NCBI GenBank assembly: GCA_964187785.1
Contig: OZ076409.1
Coordinates: 9,982,001 to 10,046,000 of the forward strand
Length of the DNA stretch: 64,000 nt
Direction: 5' to 3'
DNA from: Amphiscolops sp. MND2022
Lineage: Eukaryota
Part shown: piece after piece, positions 62,390-64,000 of the stretch
How positions within the stretch are numbered: the first letter of the stretch is position 1
Layout: every line of letters begins with the position of its first letter
The notes under the pieces: generated by a model
What the model was told of the DNA's origin: nothing
What the model saw: the letters and a program-made list of their open reading frames with translations, nothing else
Databases searched by the model: none
Made by a program: the position numbers and the translations under genes

Positions 62390-64000
62390 TAAAATATCCT
62401 GCTCATTTTTAAATTTGCCTCTCTCTTTCTTTACTATCTCTCCTATTTTCTCTTTTCTTTTTTCTCAATCACTTCCTCAACTGACTCTTCCTCTGATCAT
62501 GTTGATCCAAACGATCCCCACATTTCTGATCTTTTAGTTTCTCATTATGATTGCCCCAAACAACATAACTTAAGACAATTTAGCCTCACTCGAGTTCAAC
62601 CTTGCTCTCAAGCTTTCTCTTCATTTGAAAATACTCGCGCTATTGTAAAGGTTTTTGTCCGTGCCGAAGCTAAACGTCTCAAAGCTTGGACATGTGAAGC
62701 CTACGTTAAACGTGAAAAATTTGTCTGTGCTCAGTCTGATTACAAATACCGCCGCCATGATCGTTCTGATTACCACCAAAACACCATTGTACGCCCTCGT
62801 ACTCTTGACCCTGCGGGATGCAAATATGCTATCCGCCACCTAAATGGAACTAATAATCCTCAACTCGATGCTTTTAATTACACCAACTCCTTTACATTCT
62901 TTAATGATATTCAAAAACAGCGCCTCCTGTAAACTAAACAACCTCCTTTTCGTATCACCAAACTGAATACATTTCACTATGGTGCTTTTGCCTGGTTTGC
63001 CAATTCCCGATTGGTATTAAACTCAACTCTTGAAGAAAAAGCTGTCTGTTGGGACCGCTATGAATACAATATTGAAAAAGATAGCTGTCTCTCATTGTAA
63101 AAGAAATTGAAATTACCTATGATGATAAAGATAATAAACTTATTCATCATGGGCACACCTTACTCTGCCTCCACGACAAGGGTTTTTGTAAACCCACCAT
63201 TTTGACACCCTTCACCATTGTTTGCTTCCCTGAAGAACTTTGTTTACTCTTCTCCCTTCATTCTTTATTGGACGAATGTCCAAACTCAATAACCGCTACT
63301 GGCTTGAAACTGAACACTTTTTTAACAATCTTTAACAACGCCTCTACTACTTCATCTGACACTCCTTATCATGATACTAAATCTCAAACCCACCTCTCTC
63401 GTTTTGAAAATTTCCCCGAAAATAAAATGTTTTGTAACAAACCCACTTTTTTATAAATAACTCAATACCCTGACCTCTTCATTGCATATAAAGAAGGTTT
63501 TAACATGCATACTGGTTAACCTAATCCTCTTCAACTCCCTCAAAATAAACAATATAATCAACTCACCACCCAATTAAATTCTGGAAAATTATTCTATACC
63601 CAAGACAAGTTTCTTTTCCCTGCTCTAAATTTTTCTAATAACTTTGCACCATTGATTATGAAGCTCACATCAACACCAAAACTGGTTATTCTAATAACCA
63701 TGTATTTTAAAGTATGTCCGTTGCTGAACCTAATACTCTTCGTACTATATGCGAAGTCGAACGCACTCAACTCTTAACAATTCTTGCAATGTCTGTTAAA
63801 AATCCAAAACTTGCTGGTTTCCTCTTAACTCAAAACCGTAGTAATTTTTTGTATGTCGGAGGCTCTACAGCCTGGCTCTATGATTGTCCTCATCACCTTT
63901 CTCCTTTATATATTGCTGAACAATGTTACGATAAAATTCCAGTTAATTATCTTGATACTGTATGTTGACCCCATTACACTCCAAACCTTTGAATATGCAA
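62390..64000 (+). pseudogene. Env-like glycoprotein resembling class III viral fusion proteins; disrupted, continues beyond window
   Basis: Hydrophobic signal-like segment, then HYDCPKQHNLRQFSLTRVQPC, WTCEAYVKREKFVC, LCLHDKGFCKPT..TPFTIV and GSTAWLYDC...CYDKIPVNY...YVDPIT. Stop at 62930 and later frameshifts. Confidence 0.7.

Larger units (their letters stand above)
48967..64000 (+). mobile_element. Ty3/gypsy copy D (family 1): LTR, leader, gag, protease, RT, RNase H, integrase, spacer ORF, env; runs off window end
   Basis: Complete domain order on the plus strand with stops and frameshifts, plus a 2802-bp internal duplication. Confidence 0.93.

Overview
Eukaryotic (most likely invertebrate animal) AT-rich DNA dominated by decayed Ty3/gypsy-type (Metaviridae) LTR retrotransposons. 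No prokaryotic genes, rRNA, tRNA or CRISPR array are supported. Family 1 (three ORF blocks plus env) is present as copy A (1-~7290, minus), copy B (~19490-24527, minus, partly duplicated at 27561-30891) and copy D (48967 to window end, plus, with a 2802-bp internal tandem duplication). It has AGTTA...TAACT LTR ends, an RS-rich Gag, an extra Ser/Thr/Pro ORF between pol and env, and an env that resembles class III (chuvirus G / herpes gB-like) fusion glycoproteins. Family 2 is copy C (~36470-45300, minus) plus a 3' LTR at 11419-12196; its Gag starts inside the LTR and reads through the PBS, and it carries antisense ORFs in its 3' region. Other features: a 32-bp satellite (53 units) built on a perfect 16-bp palindrome, an intact intronless PAN + C-type lectin gene (16527-17462), a frameshifted spliced JmjC (KDM2/KDM7-like) gene, hAT transposase fragments and a 6365-bp-period tandem duplication. 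The most striking new observations are the class III-like env and five tandem three-way-junction RNA motifs with covarying stems in the 5' leader of copy D. All homology calls come from motif recognition by eye, not from database searches. The host resembles acoel flatworm sequence to my eye, but that is an unverified impression.
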